This document shows positions 9,423 to 17,787 of a stretch of DNA of 32,000 nucleotides, in pieces. The DNA is from Thermodesulfobacterium commune DSM 2178 (GTDB taxonomy: Bacteria; Desulfobacterota; Thermodesulfobacteria; Thermodesulfobacteriales; Thermodesulfobacteriaceae). Both the position numbers and the translations under genes were made by a program. The stretch's first letter is position 1. Each line of letters begins with the position of its first letter. The notes under the pieces are model-generated. The model did not search any database. It was given only the letters and a program-made list of their open reading frames with translations, and was not told the DNA's origin. Where the stretch lies: NCBI RefSeq assembly GCF_000734015.1, contig NZ_CP008796.1:570001-602000 (forward strand), written 5' to 3'.

Positions 9423-10814
9423 ATGAAAGATAAAATATTGATTGCTAACAGAGGAGAGATTGCTTTACGTATAATGGAAGCTTGTAAAGATTTAGGTATT
9501 GATTATGTAGCGGTTTACACCAAGGAAGATGAAGAGTCTCTACATGTAAGATATGCCAAAGAAAAATACCGTATCTGTGATTATCGCGACATGAACGACC
9601 TTTTGGCTGTAGCAGACGAGTCTGGGTGTACGGCTATACATCCAGGATATGGGTTTCTTTCAGAAAACTTTCGTTTTGCAAGAAGGGTGGTCAAAAGGTC
9701 AAGACCTTTGATTTTTGTAGGACCTTCCTGGGAGGCAATCAGGGATTTGGGAAATAAACTTTTTATGAAGAAACTTGCGAAAGACCTTGGTATTCCTGTT
9801 ATTCCAGGGACCACAGAGCCTGTATATAACGAAATTGAAGCTGAGCTTAAAGCTGAAGAGCTTTTGGAAGAACTTGCTTCCTTAGGGATTCAAAAACCTT
9901 CCCTTCTGGTAAAGGCTGTAGCTGGTGGCGGAGGAATGGGGATCGAAGAGGTTAAAAGTTTGGAAGAACTTAGACCTACTTTTAGAAAAATCAGAGCTTA
10001 TGCCAAGAGACTTTTTGGGGACGAAGGAGTTATCATAGAAGGGAAAATACCTGTTTTTCAACATTTAGAGGTACAGCTTTTAGGAAGTAAACATGGAGAA
10101 TATGTACACTTTGGAACCAGAAACTGTACCATTCAAAGTCCTCATAAACAAAAAAGGATCGAAATAGCCCCAGGTTTTTCCTTTCAAGAACCCTACAGTT
10201 TTGACCCTAAAAAGGTAGAAGAAGCAATCATTAATTACTCCATAAAACTTGCTAAAGCCTTTAATTATGATAGCGTAGGAACCTGGGAATGGCTGATTAC
10301 TCCCGATGGTAAGTACTACCTGATGGAGGTTAATACCAGGATTCAGGTGGAAAATGAAATTTCTGCCAAGATATCCTTTATTAGGAATAAACAGGTAAAC
10401 CTTATAAAGGAACAGATAAGGGTAGCTTTTGGAGAAAAATTAGGATATTCACAAAAAGACATCGAGTTTAAAGGAACAAGTATAGAATACCGTTTGATTG
10501 CAGAAGATACTAAAAGAGGTTTTATTCCTCTAAGTGGAACTATAACCAAGTTTAGCTGGCCGGAAGTGCCTTGGCTTACGATGAGAACCCATGTACCTCA
10601 AGATAAACCTTACACCATTCCTACTCAGTTTGACCCAAACCTTGCTTTAGCTATCGTTTACGGAGAAAACTTTGAAGAAGCCAAAAAAAGAGGTTTAACC
10701 CTTTTAGACCAAGTTATCATAGAAGGGGTTACCCCTGATGGAAAAAAGTTAAAAACCAACATTTCTTTTTTAAAGGAAAAAACAGAATTTCTTTATAAAT
10801 TTCTCGAGGCTTAA
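9423..10814 (+). CDS. Biotin carboxylase-like ATP-grasp subunit (AccC-like, divergent), 463 aa
   Basis: ILIANRGEIALRI, HPGYGFLSEN, a glycine-rich loop AVAGGGGMGIEEV, LMEVNTRIQVENEIS (canonical E-x-N-x-R plus QVE) and IEYRLIAED. It starts 9 nt after the purA stop. Confidence 0.85.
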   Translation: MKDKILIANRGEIALRIMEACKDLGIDYVAVYTKEDEESLHVRYAKEKYRICDYRDMNDLLAVADESGCTAIHPGYGFLSENFRFARRVVKRSRPLIFVGPSWEAIRDLGNKLFMKKLAKDLGIPVIPGTTEPVYNEIEAELKAEELLEELASLGIQKPSLLVKAVAGGGGMGIEEVKSLEELRPTFRKIRAYAKRLFGDEGVIIEGKIPVFQHLEVQLLGSKHGEYVHFGTRNCTIQSPHKQKRIEIAPGFSFQEPYSFDPKKVEEAIINYSIKLAKAFNYDSVGTWEWLITPDGKYYLMEVNTRIQVENEISAKISFIRNKQVNLIKEQIRVAFGEKLGYSQKDIEFKGTSIEYRLIAEDTKRGFIPLSGTITKFSWPEVPWLTMRTHVPQDKPYTIPTQFDPNLALAIVYGENFEEAKKRGLTLLDQVIIEGVTPDGKKLKTNISFLKEKTEFLYKFLEA

Positions 10815-10819
10815 GGCCT

Positions 10820-13039
10820 ATGAAGATAGAACTCTATAAAACTTTAAAAAATCTTTTAGAAACAGCTACTTACATAAGGGACATCAAAGGAGAAGACTTT
10901 TTTGAGATAACCTCTCTGATAAATAAAATTTCTGAGGTTTATGATAATTTTTATCAATACGAGCCTTCTTATTTAGAAGATTTTGTTAAAAAAACTAAAG
11001 AACAGCTTGATATTCTTTTAGAGCAAGGAGAAAAAACTCTTACTCCTTATGAGATAGTAAAAATCACCAGACATCATCAAAGGTTTACCTTGCAGGACAT
11101 TCTAGAAAACGTTTATGACTCCTATATGGAACTTGGAGGGGAAGGAGAAATAAATATAGATCCTGCTATAGTATGTGCTAAGGCTATGCTTGTAAGAAAA
11201 GTAGGAGACGAGATTTTCTTCCATCAGGTAATGGTAATAGGCCACGAAAAAGGACACGGAGAGGAGTTTAGAGAAGGAGGTAGTGCTAAACCTTGGGGGA
11301 ATGAAAAAGCCCTGCGTTATATGAAAATGGCAGAAACAGAAGGGATTCCTATTCATTTCTTTATTTTTACTCCTGGTGCTTATCCCATCGAAGATTATCC
11401 AGGTGCTGCTCAGCAGATTGCCAAAAACCTTTATCATATGGCAAAACTGAGAGTGCCAATCATATCCTTTATTTCAGAGGGAGGTTCCGGAGGAGCTGAA
11501 GCTATAGGGCTTGCCGATATGAGGTTGATGGCTGAAAAAGGATACTACTCTGTCATAAGCCCAGAAGGAGCTGCTGCGATAGAGGCAAAAATAAGTGATG
11601 GGCGTCCTCCAAGAGAACTAGTAGAAAAATGTGCAAAAGCTCTTAAGCTTACCGCAAAAGATAACCTTAAGTTTGGAAACATAGATAGAATCGTTCCAGA
11701 ACCATTACTTGGAGCCAGAAGAAAGGACTATGAATTTTTTAAAAGATTAAAGATTGAATTGATAAGAGCGACAGACGAAGTTATCCTTCAAACAAGAAGT
11801 ATTAAATTTTTAAGAAAATATGCTGCCTCTAAACAAGAAACAGAAAATTTTAAGTATTATGTAAACTGGGATTTAGACGAAGATGAGATAGAAATCCTAA
11901 TAGAAAATCGATATAAAAAATACAGAAAAATGACCCAATGGGCCATACATGAAAATAAGACTCTTTTCAAATCTTTCTTTGACTTAGGACATACTATAAG
12001 CATAAAGTTGAAAAATGAAATAAATTACAAAATTTTAAAACAAGGGCAAAAAACATTTAAAAAGTTTTTAAACGAATTAACCAGTGAATCGACCCTGCTT
12101 TTAAAACCAGTTTCTGACCCTATAAAAACGGTCTACAACCTAATCGTAGGGAAAAAAACCGGTGCTAAACTTGTTACTCACTCTTTACAAGACGATGACA
12201 TCCCAACCTACATAAGTCCTTTAGCTTTAGAAGATAAAACGATTACTTGTCCTCAGTCTGAAAAATATAGTTGCCCTGACCTTTGGGTACCAGACCTTTA
12301 TGGAGAGTTTTGTGGGGTTTGTCCTAACTGTGGATATCATTTTCCTTTAGAGTATAAATGGTATCTTAACAACATTTTTGATAAAAACAGTATCCGTACC
12401 TTTAACGATGAGATTGCTTCAACCAATCCATTAGAGTTTGAAGGGTATGCGGAAAAACTAAAAGCTGCAAGAGAAAAAACAGGGCTAAATTCTAGTCTTA
12501 TATCTTTTGAGGCCAAAATTGGTGGTATCTCTTTGATAGCGGTAATGTTGATAGCTGAGTTTAGACAGGGTACTGTAGGGGTAGCAGAAGGTGAAAAGTT
12601 TATCAGGGCGATAGAATTAGCTAAACTTACCAGACGTCCATTTTTAGCTTTGGTGCATACTACCGGAGGTATAAGGATACATGAAGGGACCCTTGGTGTG
12701 GTACAAATGCCCAGATGTACCATGGCAGTAAGGGATTACGTAGATGAAGGAGGGCTTTACATCGTTGTTTATGATAACAACTCCTATGCTGGGCCTGTAG
12801 CGAGCTTCTTAGGATCAGCACCTTATCAGTTCGCTTTAAAATCTACTCGTTTAGGATTTGCAGGCCCACGAGTTATCAAGGAAACCACAGGGCAAGATGT
12901 GCCTCCAGATTATCATAGTGCAGAAAATGCATTAAAAAGAGGGCATATCCAGGGTATTTGGGACAGAAGAGAACTAAGGAAAAAGCTTTTTACCGCTTTA
13001 CTTACGATGGGAGGCAAAAACCTATACTACAGATGGTAG
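10820..13039 (+). CDS. Single-chain carboxyltransferase: AccA-like (alpha) N-terminal half fused to AccD-like (beta) C-terminal half, 739 aa
   Basis: The alpha half carries ITRHHQRFTLQDI, VMVIGHEKGHG, TPGAYP, SEGGSGGAEAIG and SVISPEGAAAIE. The beta half carries a Cys-rich segment (CPQSEKYSCP...CGVCPNCGYHF), HTTGGIRIHEG and GFAGPRVIKETTGQDVPPDYHSAE. Residues ~330-475 between the halves match nothing I recognise. Confidence 0.85.
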   Translation: MKIELYKTLKNLLETATYIRDIKGEDFFEITSLINKISEVYDNFYQYEPSYLEDFVKKTKEQLDILLEQGEKTLTPYEIVKITRHHQRFTLQDILENVYDSYMELGGEGEINIDPAIVCAKAMLVRKVGDEIFFHQVMVIGHEKGHGEEFREGGSAKPWGNEKALRYMKMAETEGIPIHFFIFTPGAYPIEDYPGAAQQIAKNLYHMAKLRVPIISFISEGGSGGAEAIGLADMRLMAEKGYYSVISPEGAAAIEAKISDGRPPRELVEKCAKALKLTAKDNLKFGNIDRIVPEPLLGARRKDYEFFKRLKIELIRATDEVILQTRSIKFLRKYAASKQETENFKYYVNWDLDEDEIEILIENRYKKYRKMTQWAIHENKTLFKSFFDLGHTISIKLKNEINYKILKQGQKTFKKFLNELTSESTLLLKPVSDPIKTVYNLIVGKKTGAKLVTHSLQDDDIPTYISPLALEDKTITCPQSEKYSCPDLWVPDLYGEFCGVCPNCGYHFPLEYKWYLNNIFDKNSIRTFNDEIASTNPLEFEGYAEKLKAAREKTGLNSSLISFEAKIGGISLIAVMLIAEFRQGTVGVAEGEKFIRAIELAKLTRRPFLALVHTTGGIRIHEGTLGVVQMPRCTMAVRDYVDEGGLYIVVYDNNSYAGPVASFLGSAPYQFALKSTRLGFAGPRVIKETTGQDVPPDYHSAENALKRGHIQGIWDRRELRKKLFTALLTMGGKNLYYRW

Positions 13040-13049
13040 GTAATAAACC

Positions 13050-13709
13050 ATGAAGATCGAGTACGAACACCTTAACGTTATTCTCCAAAAGTTTAAAGCC
13101 AACCCCTATAAAATTTTTAAAGTGAATACCATACACACCGGTTATATAAGAGAATTTTTGGTAAAAGAAGGAGATGAGGTAAAAGGTCCTTCTGGTAAGT
13201 GGTTAGAAAAACCAGGTACCCCTCTTTTTGTTTTAGAAAGGGAAAAAAATTTAAAAACTATAAGAGCTCATATAAATGGATGGGTACAAAACTTAAGGAC
13301 AGACCTTTTAAATAGGTTTGTTGAGGCTGAGGAAACAATACTTGAAATTAAACATCCACTTTCTCAACAGGAAATAATTTCTGAAATTTTACTTTCTGCG
13401 CTTTACCTTGTAAAAGCTCCTGAAACGGCAAAGTATGTGTTAAGTCCTGGGTTAGCGGCCAAAATAGAAAAAGAAGGACTCTATAAAGTGAAAATAAAAA
13501 AGGGAGATGAACTTTTAATCATGACCTTTATGAAGCGTGAGACTCCTATTTTTTTTGAAGAAGACGGTGTGTTTTTAATCTATAATATCTATTTCAAACC
13601 CTTTCAACTGGTTGAAAGAGGGCAACCCTTAATTGGACTTTGCCCTGAAGAGCAACTTCCTTATTTAGAAAAGATAGTTTCCCGTATAAGGGAAGAGTGG
13701 CCCTTATAA
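13050..13709 (+). CDS. Tandem biotinyl/lipoyl-like domain protein in the BCCP position; canonical AMKM motif absent, 219 aa
   Basis: There are two hammerhead-like segments. The first is VKEGDEVKG...PLFVLEREKNLKTIRAHINGWV...ILEI. The second is VKIKKGDELLIMTFMKRETPIFFEEDGVF...VERGQPLIGL. The gene lies between the carboxyltransferase and the biotin ligase genes. The domain assignment is by eye only. Confidence 0.55.
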   Translation: MKIEYEHLNVILQKFKANPYKIFKVNTIHTGYIREFLVKEGDEVKGPSGKWLEKPGTPLFVLEREKNLKTIRAHINGWVQNLRTDLLNRFVEAEETILEIKHPLSQQEIISEILLSALYLVKAPETAKYVLSPGLAAKIEKEGLYKVKIKKGDELLIMTFMKRETPIFFEEDGVFLIYNIYFKPFQLVERGQPLIGLCPEEQLPYLEKIVSRIREEWPL

Positions 13710-14497
13710 AACATCCTTTTGACTTTGATTTTTCTAAACTTTTTCCAGAGATAGGTCAAGAAATCTGGCATTTCCCTACCCTTCCTCGAGCTATGGAAGC
13801 AGCTAAAAAGTTCATAAACTTATATCCCCGAACAGCCAATGGAAGGATTATACGAGCAGATATGCTTCTTGAGGCTAAAGGTAGGTTTGACAGAAAATGG
13901 TTTGCTGAAAAAGGGGGACTCTGGTTATCCTTAAGCTTGTACGATGAGTTTTTCGAAGAACATGCCTCTTTGATATCTCTCATACCTGGTCTTGCCATGG
14001 TAAGATGTGCTAAACATTTGGGGATTACTAAAGCTAAGGTTAAATGGATAAACGACCTTCATATAAACGGAAAAAAACTGGGTGGAGTTTTAATAGAAAG
14101 GTATAATGAATGGTATATTATAGGATTAGGTATAAACGTTAACAACCCTCTTCCTAAAGGTATACCCTCGGAAAGTTTTGGCAATTTACTAAAGAAAGAA
14201 GTCTCCATCTTGGAATTGCTAGAAATTTTGGTCTATTGGCTAAGATATTATTTTGGATTTTTAAGATGGTTTGAACAAAAAATCAGGGATGAAGAGTCGG
14301 TAACTAATCTGGTAATAGAAGATTTCAAACAATTTACAGATACCTTAGGAAGGTGTGTAGGCTACGGATATAACATAGACCTGGATGATTACCTCATAGC
14401 TCAAGTAACTGAAATTACTCCCTATGGCAGTTTAATCCTAAATTCTGAGGAAGGTCTTATCGAGGTTTCAACTGGAGAAATCCTTTATCTTTTATAA
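13697..14497 (+). CDS. birA: Biotin--protein ligase, class I (no HTH), BirA-like
   Basis: [21 protein letters not shown] corresponds to the GRGRxGRxWxSxxGxxLxxS biotin-binding loop. [20 protein letters not shown] corresponds to the KWPNDL...GKKxxGIL catalytic-Lys segment. The GTG start at 13697 overlaps the upstream stop by 13 nt, and an alternative ATG lies 32 codons in. Confidence 0.8.
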   Translation: MALIKHPFDFDFSKLFPEIGQEIWHFPTLPRAMEAAKKFINLYPRTANGRIIRADMLLEAKGRFDRKWFAEKGGLWLSLSLYDEFFEEHASLISLIPGLAMVRCAKHLGITKAKVKWINDLHINGKKLGGVLIERYNEWYIIGLGINVNNPLPKGIPSESFGNLLKKEVSILELLEILVYWLRYYFGFLRWFEQKIRDEESVTNLVIEDFKQFTDTLGRCVGYGYNIDLDDYLIAQVTEITPYGSLILNSEEGLIEVSTGEILYLL

Positions 14498-17400
14498 AAA
14501 CTATAATCAAGGTAGCTATAATATTTTTGTAGAGAAGAAAAAGAGAAAGATTTCATCGTTAACCGTTTAATACTTTCAACCATAGCCCTAGCACAAGATA
14601 AGGTGGTAGCATAGGGAATGTCTAATTCCATCGTATACCTTCTGATAAGGTAGGCATCTTCTTTGCTTTCCTTACCTTTGGCTGTATTAATCGCAAGCAC
14701 TATCTCTTTATTCTTGATAAGGTCTAAAATATTAGGTCTTCTTAGGTCTGAGATCTTGGGTACTTCTTTTATTTTTATTCCGAAAGAGGAGAGAAATTTA
14801 CAGGTCCCCTCTGTACCTATCAAGTTAAATCCTAACTCTTGTAAGGTTTTAGCTATAGGTATGGTCAGAGGTTTATCTTCGTCTTTTACTGAAATAAAAA
14901 CCGTACCAGAGGAGGGAAGCTTCATACCTGCAGCAAGTTGTGCTTTAGCATAAGCTAAAGCTGGGTCCCAATCTATTCCCATAACTTCCCCTGTAGACTT
15001 CATTTCAGGACCAAGGATTACGTCTACCTTAGGAAATCTTTTAAAAGGAAAGACCACTTCTTTTACACAGTAATAAGGAGGCACCACTTCTTTCGTAAAC
15101 CCTATTTCCTTTAGTGAATAGCCTAACATAATCCAGGTAGCAAGTTTAGCCAAAGGTACTCCGATAGCCTTAGACACAAAAGGTACAGTTCTTGAAGCCC
15201 TTGGATTCACCTCTAACACATAGAGTTCGTTGTCTTTGATAGCAAATTGAATATTTATTAAACCTTTTACCTCCAATTCTTTAGCAAGCAATTTTGTAGC
15301 TTCTTTGATTTCGTTTAAAAGTTTAGGTGAGATATGAAGAGGAGGTAAGATACAAGCAGAATCTCCAGAGTGAATACCTGCTTCTTCTATGTGCTCCATA
15401 ATACCTGCTACTACCACCGTTTCTCCGTCGGAGATAGCATCTACGTCGATTTCTATGGCATCCTCTAAAAACTTGTCGATTAAAATCGGATGTTCTGGGT
15501 TTACCTTAACAGCTGTAGCTATAAACTCTTTCAACTCTTTTTCTGAATAGACTATTCTCATCGCCCTTCCACCTAACACATAAGAAGGACGGACAAGCAA
15601 GGGATAACCGATTTGATTAGCTACTTTAATAGCCTCTTCTTCACTATAAGCAGTCCCTGCTTTGGGCCTTCTAAGATTTAACTTTTCAAGAAGTTGTTCA
15701 AACTTTTCTCTGTTTTCTGCCCTGTCTATGTTTTCAGGAGATGTACCCAGTATCTTTACTCCTGCTTTGTAAAGCGGTAACGCAAGGTTAAGAGGGGTTT
15801 GCCCTCCAAACTGAACTATTACCCCGTCTGGATTTTCTTCTTCATAGATGTTCAGGATATGCTCTAAGGTTAAAGGTTCAAAATACAGCCTGGTTGAAAT
15901 GTCATAATCGGTAGAGACTGTTTCAGGGTTTGAGTTAACCATGATAGCTTCGATACCTTTTTCCCTTAAAGCTAAAGAAGCATGAACACAACAATAGTCA
16001 AACTCTATACCTTGCCCTATCCTGTTAGGCCCTCCACCTATGATAAGAACTTTTCGATTTTTTGTAGCCCGGCTTTCATTTTCAACTTCATATGTAGAAT
16101 AAAAATAAGGGGTATAGGCTTCAAACTCAGCTGCACAGGTATCTATAAGTTTAAAGGTAGGTTTTACCCCTAAAGATTTTCTGTATTCTCTTACTTTTTG
16201 AGGATTGGTATTAGTAAGAAATCCGATTTGGTAATCAGTAAATCCCATCTGTTTGAGTTCCCTTAGCTCCTCTGCGGTTAAACTTTCTAAAGATCTCCCT
16301 TTTATTTTTTCGCTTTTGTCAAAAATTTCTTTTAGATGATATAAAAACCAAGGATCGATGTAAGTAAGATTGTAGATTTCCTCTATGCTAAATCCTGACT
16401 TAAAGGCCTCTCTTATGTAAAACAATCTTTGACTGTTAGGTTTGACTAACTTTTCCTTGATGATTTCTTTAGGAAGTATTACATCGTTGTCTGAGGGAGA
16501 TTTTCCATCAGCCCCAAATCCAAATCTGCCTATCTCAAGCCCTGCTATAGCCTTTTGTAAAGCCTCTTTAAAAGTCCTGCCTATAGCCAGCGTCTCCCCA
16601 ACAGAACGCATAGAGGTAGTAAGCTCGTCTGGGGATTCTGGAAATTTTTCAAAGGTAAACCTGGGTATCTTTACCACCACGTAGTCGATCGTAGGTTCAA
16701 ATGCGGCTTTTGTCTCTTTAGTGATGTCGTTAGATAACTCATCTAAGGTATAACCTACAGCCAGTTTGGCAGCAATTTTGGCTATAGGATATCCTGTAGC
16801 TTTACTTGCCAAAGCCGAAGACCTGGAAACCCTGGGATTCATCTCTATTACAACCATTTCCCCGTTTTTAGGATTAACCGCAAACTGAATGTTTGACCCT
16901 CCAGTTTCTACCCCTATCTCTCTGATGATAGCCTGTGCAGCTGATCTCATCCTCTGATATTCTACATCGGATAAGGTCTGCGCCGGGGCTACAGTAATAG
17001 AATCTCCGGTATGAACTCCCATAGGGTCAAAGTTTTCTATAGAACAAATGATGACCACATTATCTTTAAAATCTCTCATCACCTCAAGCTCAAACTCTTT
17101 CCATCCAAGAACTGACTCCTCTAACATTACTTGATGGATAAGAGACATTTCTAAACCTTTTTCTGCGATTTCTTTTAACTCCTCTATATTATAAGCTACC
17201 CCTCCTCCTGTTCCGCCTAACGTAAAACTTGGTCTGACTATAATAGGAAAACCCAGTTCTTTGGCTGCCTTTTCTATTTCGTTTAAAGAAGTAATTATAA
17301 AACTCTTTGGTATTTTTAATCCTATGTTTTCCATCGCTTTTCTAAAAAGCTCTCTACTTTCAGCCTTTTCTATAGCTTTAGCGTTTGCTCCTATCAGTTC

Positions 17401-17739
17401 AACGTTATACTTTTCAAGAACTCCTTTTTTAGCTAAAGCAAAGGCTATGTTTAAACCTGTTTGACCTCCTAAAGTAGGAAGTAAAGCATCAGGCCGTTCT
17501 TCCTTTATAATGTGTTCTACTACCTCAGGAGTCAAAGGTTCTATATATGTGTGATCTGCCATCTCAGGATCGGTCATGATGGTAGCTGGATTAGAATTAA
17601 CCAAAACTATTTCATAACCCTCTTCTTTTAAAGCCTTACAAGCCTGACTTCCAGAATAATCAAACTCACAAGCCTGCCCTATAACAATAGGCCCTGAACC
17701 TATGATTAGAATCTTTTTTATGTCTGTCCTTTTAGGCAT
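14485..17739 (-). CDS. carB: Carbamoyl-phosphate synthase large subunit
   Basis: 1084 aa. The N-terminus is [30 protein letters not shown]. There are duplicated ATP-grasp halves (second half [24 protein letters not shown]) and a C-terminal MGS-like allosteric domain. SD is AAGGGGGG. No carA is adjacent. Confidence 0.97.
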   Translation of the reverse strand: MPKRTDIKKILIIGSGPIVIGQACEFDYSGSQACKALKEEGYEIVLVNSNPATIMTDPEMADHTYIEPLTPEVVEHIIKEERPDALLPTLGGQTGLNIAFALAKKGVLEKYNVELIGANAKAIEKAESRELFRKAMENIGLKIPKSFIITSLNEIEKAAKELGFPIIVRPSFTLGGTGGGVAYNIEELKEIAEKGLEMSLIHQVMLEESVLGWKEFELEVMRDFKDNVVIICSIENFDPMGVHTGDSITVAPAQTLSDVEYQRMRSAAQAIIREIGVETGGSNIQFAVNPKNGEMVVIEMNPRVSRSSALASKATGYPIAKIAAKLAVGYTLDELSNDITKETKAAFEPTIDYVVVKIPRFTFEKFPESPDELTTSMRSVGETLAIGRTFKEALQKAIAGLEIGRFGFGADGKSPSDNDVILPKEIIKEKLVKPNSQRLFYIREAFKSGFSIEEIYNLTYIDPWFLYHLKEIFDKSEKIKGRSLESLTAEELRELKQMGFTDYQIGFLTNTNPQKVREYRKSLGVKPTFKLIDTCAAEFEAYTPYFYSTYEVENESRATKNRKVLIIGGGPNRIGQGIEFDYCCVHASLALREKGIEAIMVNSNPETVSTDYDISTRLYFEPLTLEHILNIYEEENPDGVIVQFGGQTPLNLALPLYKAGVKILGTSPENIDRAENREKFEQLLEKLNLRRPKAGTAYSEEEAIKVANQIGYPLLVRPSYVLGGRAMRIVYSEKELKEFIATAVKVNPEHPILIDKFLEDAIEIDVDAISDGETVVVAGIMEHIEEAGIHSGDSACILPPLHISPKLLNEIKEATKLLAKELEVKGLINIQFAIKDNELYVLEVNPRASRTVPFVSKAIGVPLAKLATWIMLGYSLKEIGFTKEVVPPYYCVKEVVFPFKRFPKVDVILGPEMKSTGEVMGIDWDPALAYAKAQLAAGMKLPSSGTVFISVKDEDKPLTIPIAKTLQELGFNLIGTEGTCKFLSSFGIKIKEVPKISDLRRPNILDLIKNKEIVLAINTAKGKESKEDAYLIRRYTMELDIPYATTLSCARAMVESIKRLTMKSFSFSSLQKYYSYLDYSFYKR

Positions 17740-17787
17740 AAACCCCCCTTATTATCTATCTTTAAAAACTTTATAACAAGACATCAT

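Noticed and set aside
9581-13998. Antisense ORFs inside the carboxylase genes (9581-9814, 9882-10064, 10343-10549, 11102-11437, 12337-12723, 13756-13998)
   Set aside because: All lie opposite genes with clear homology. They are low-complexity reverse-frame products.
14663-17464. Plus-strand ORFs inside carB (14663-14953, 15982-16173, 16442-16684, 17261-17464)
   Set aside because: They are antisense to a full-length, highly conserved carB.
17740-17787. Possible carB promoter (TTGTTA-17-GATAAT) in the 48-nt gap after the PpiD-like gene
   Set aside because: The -10 box would put the transcription start inside the carB SD. Co-transcription with the upstream gene is more likely.
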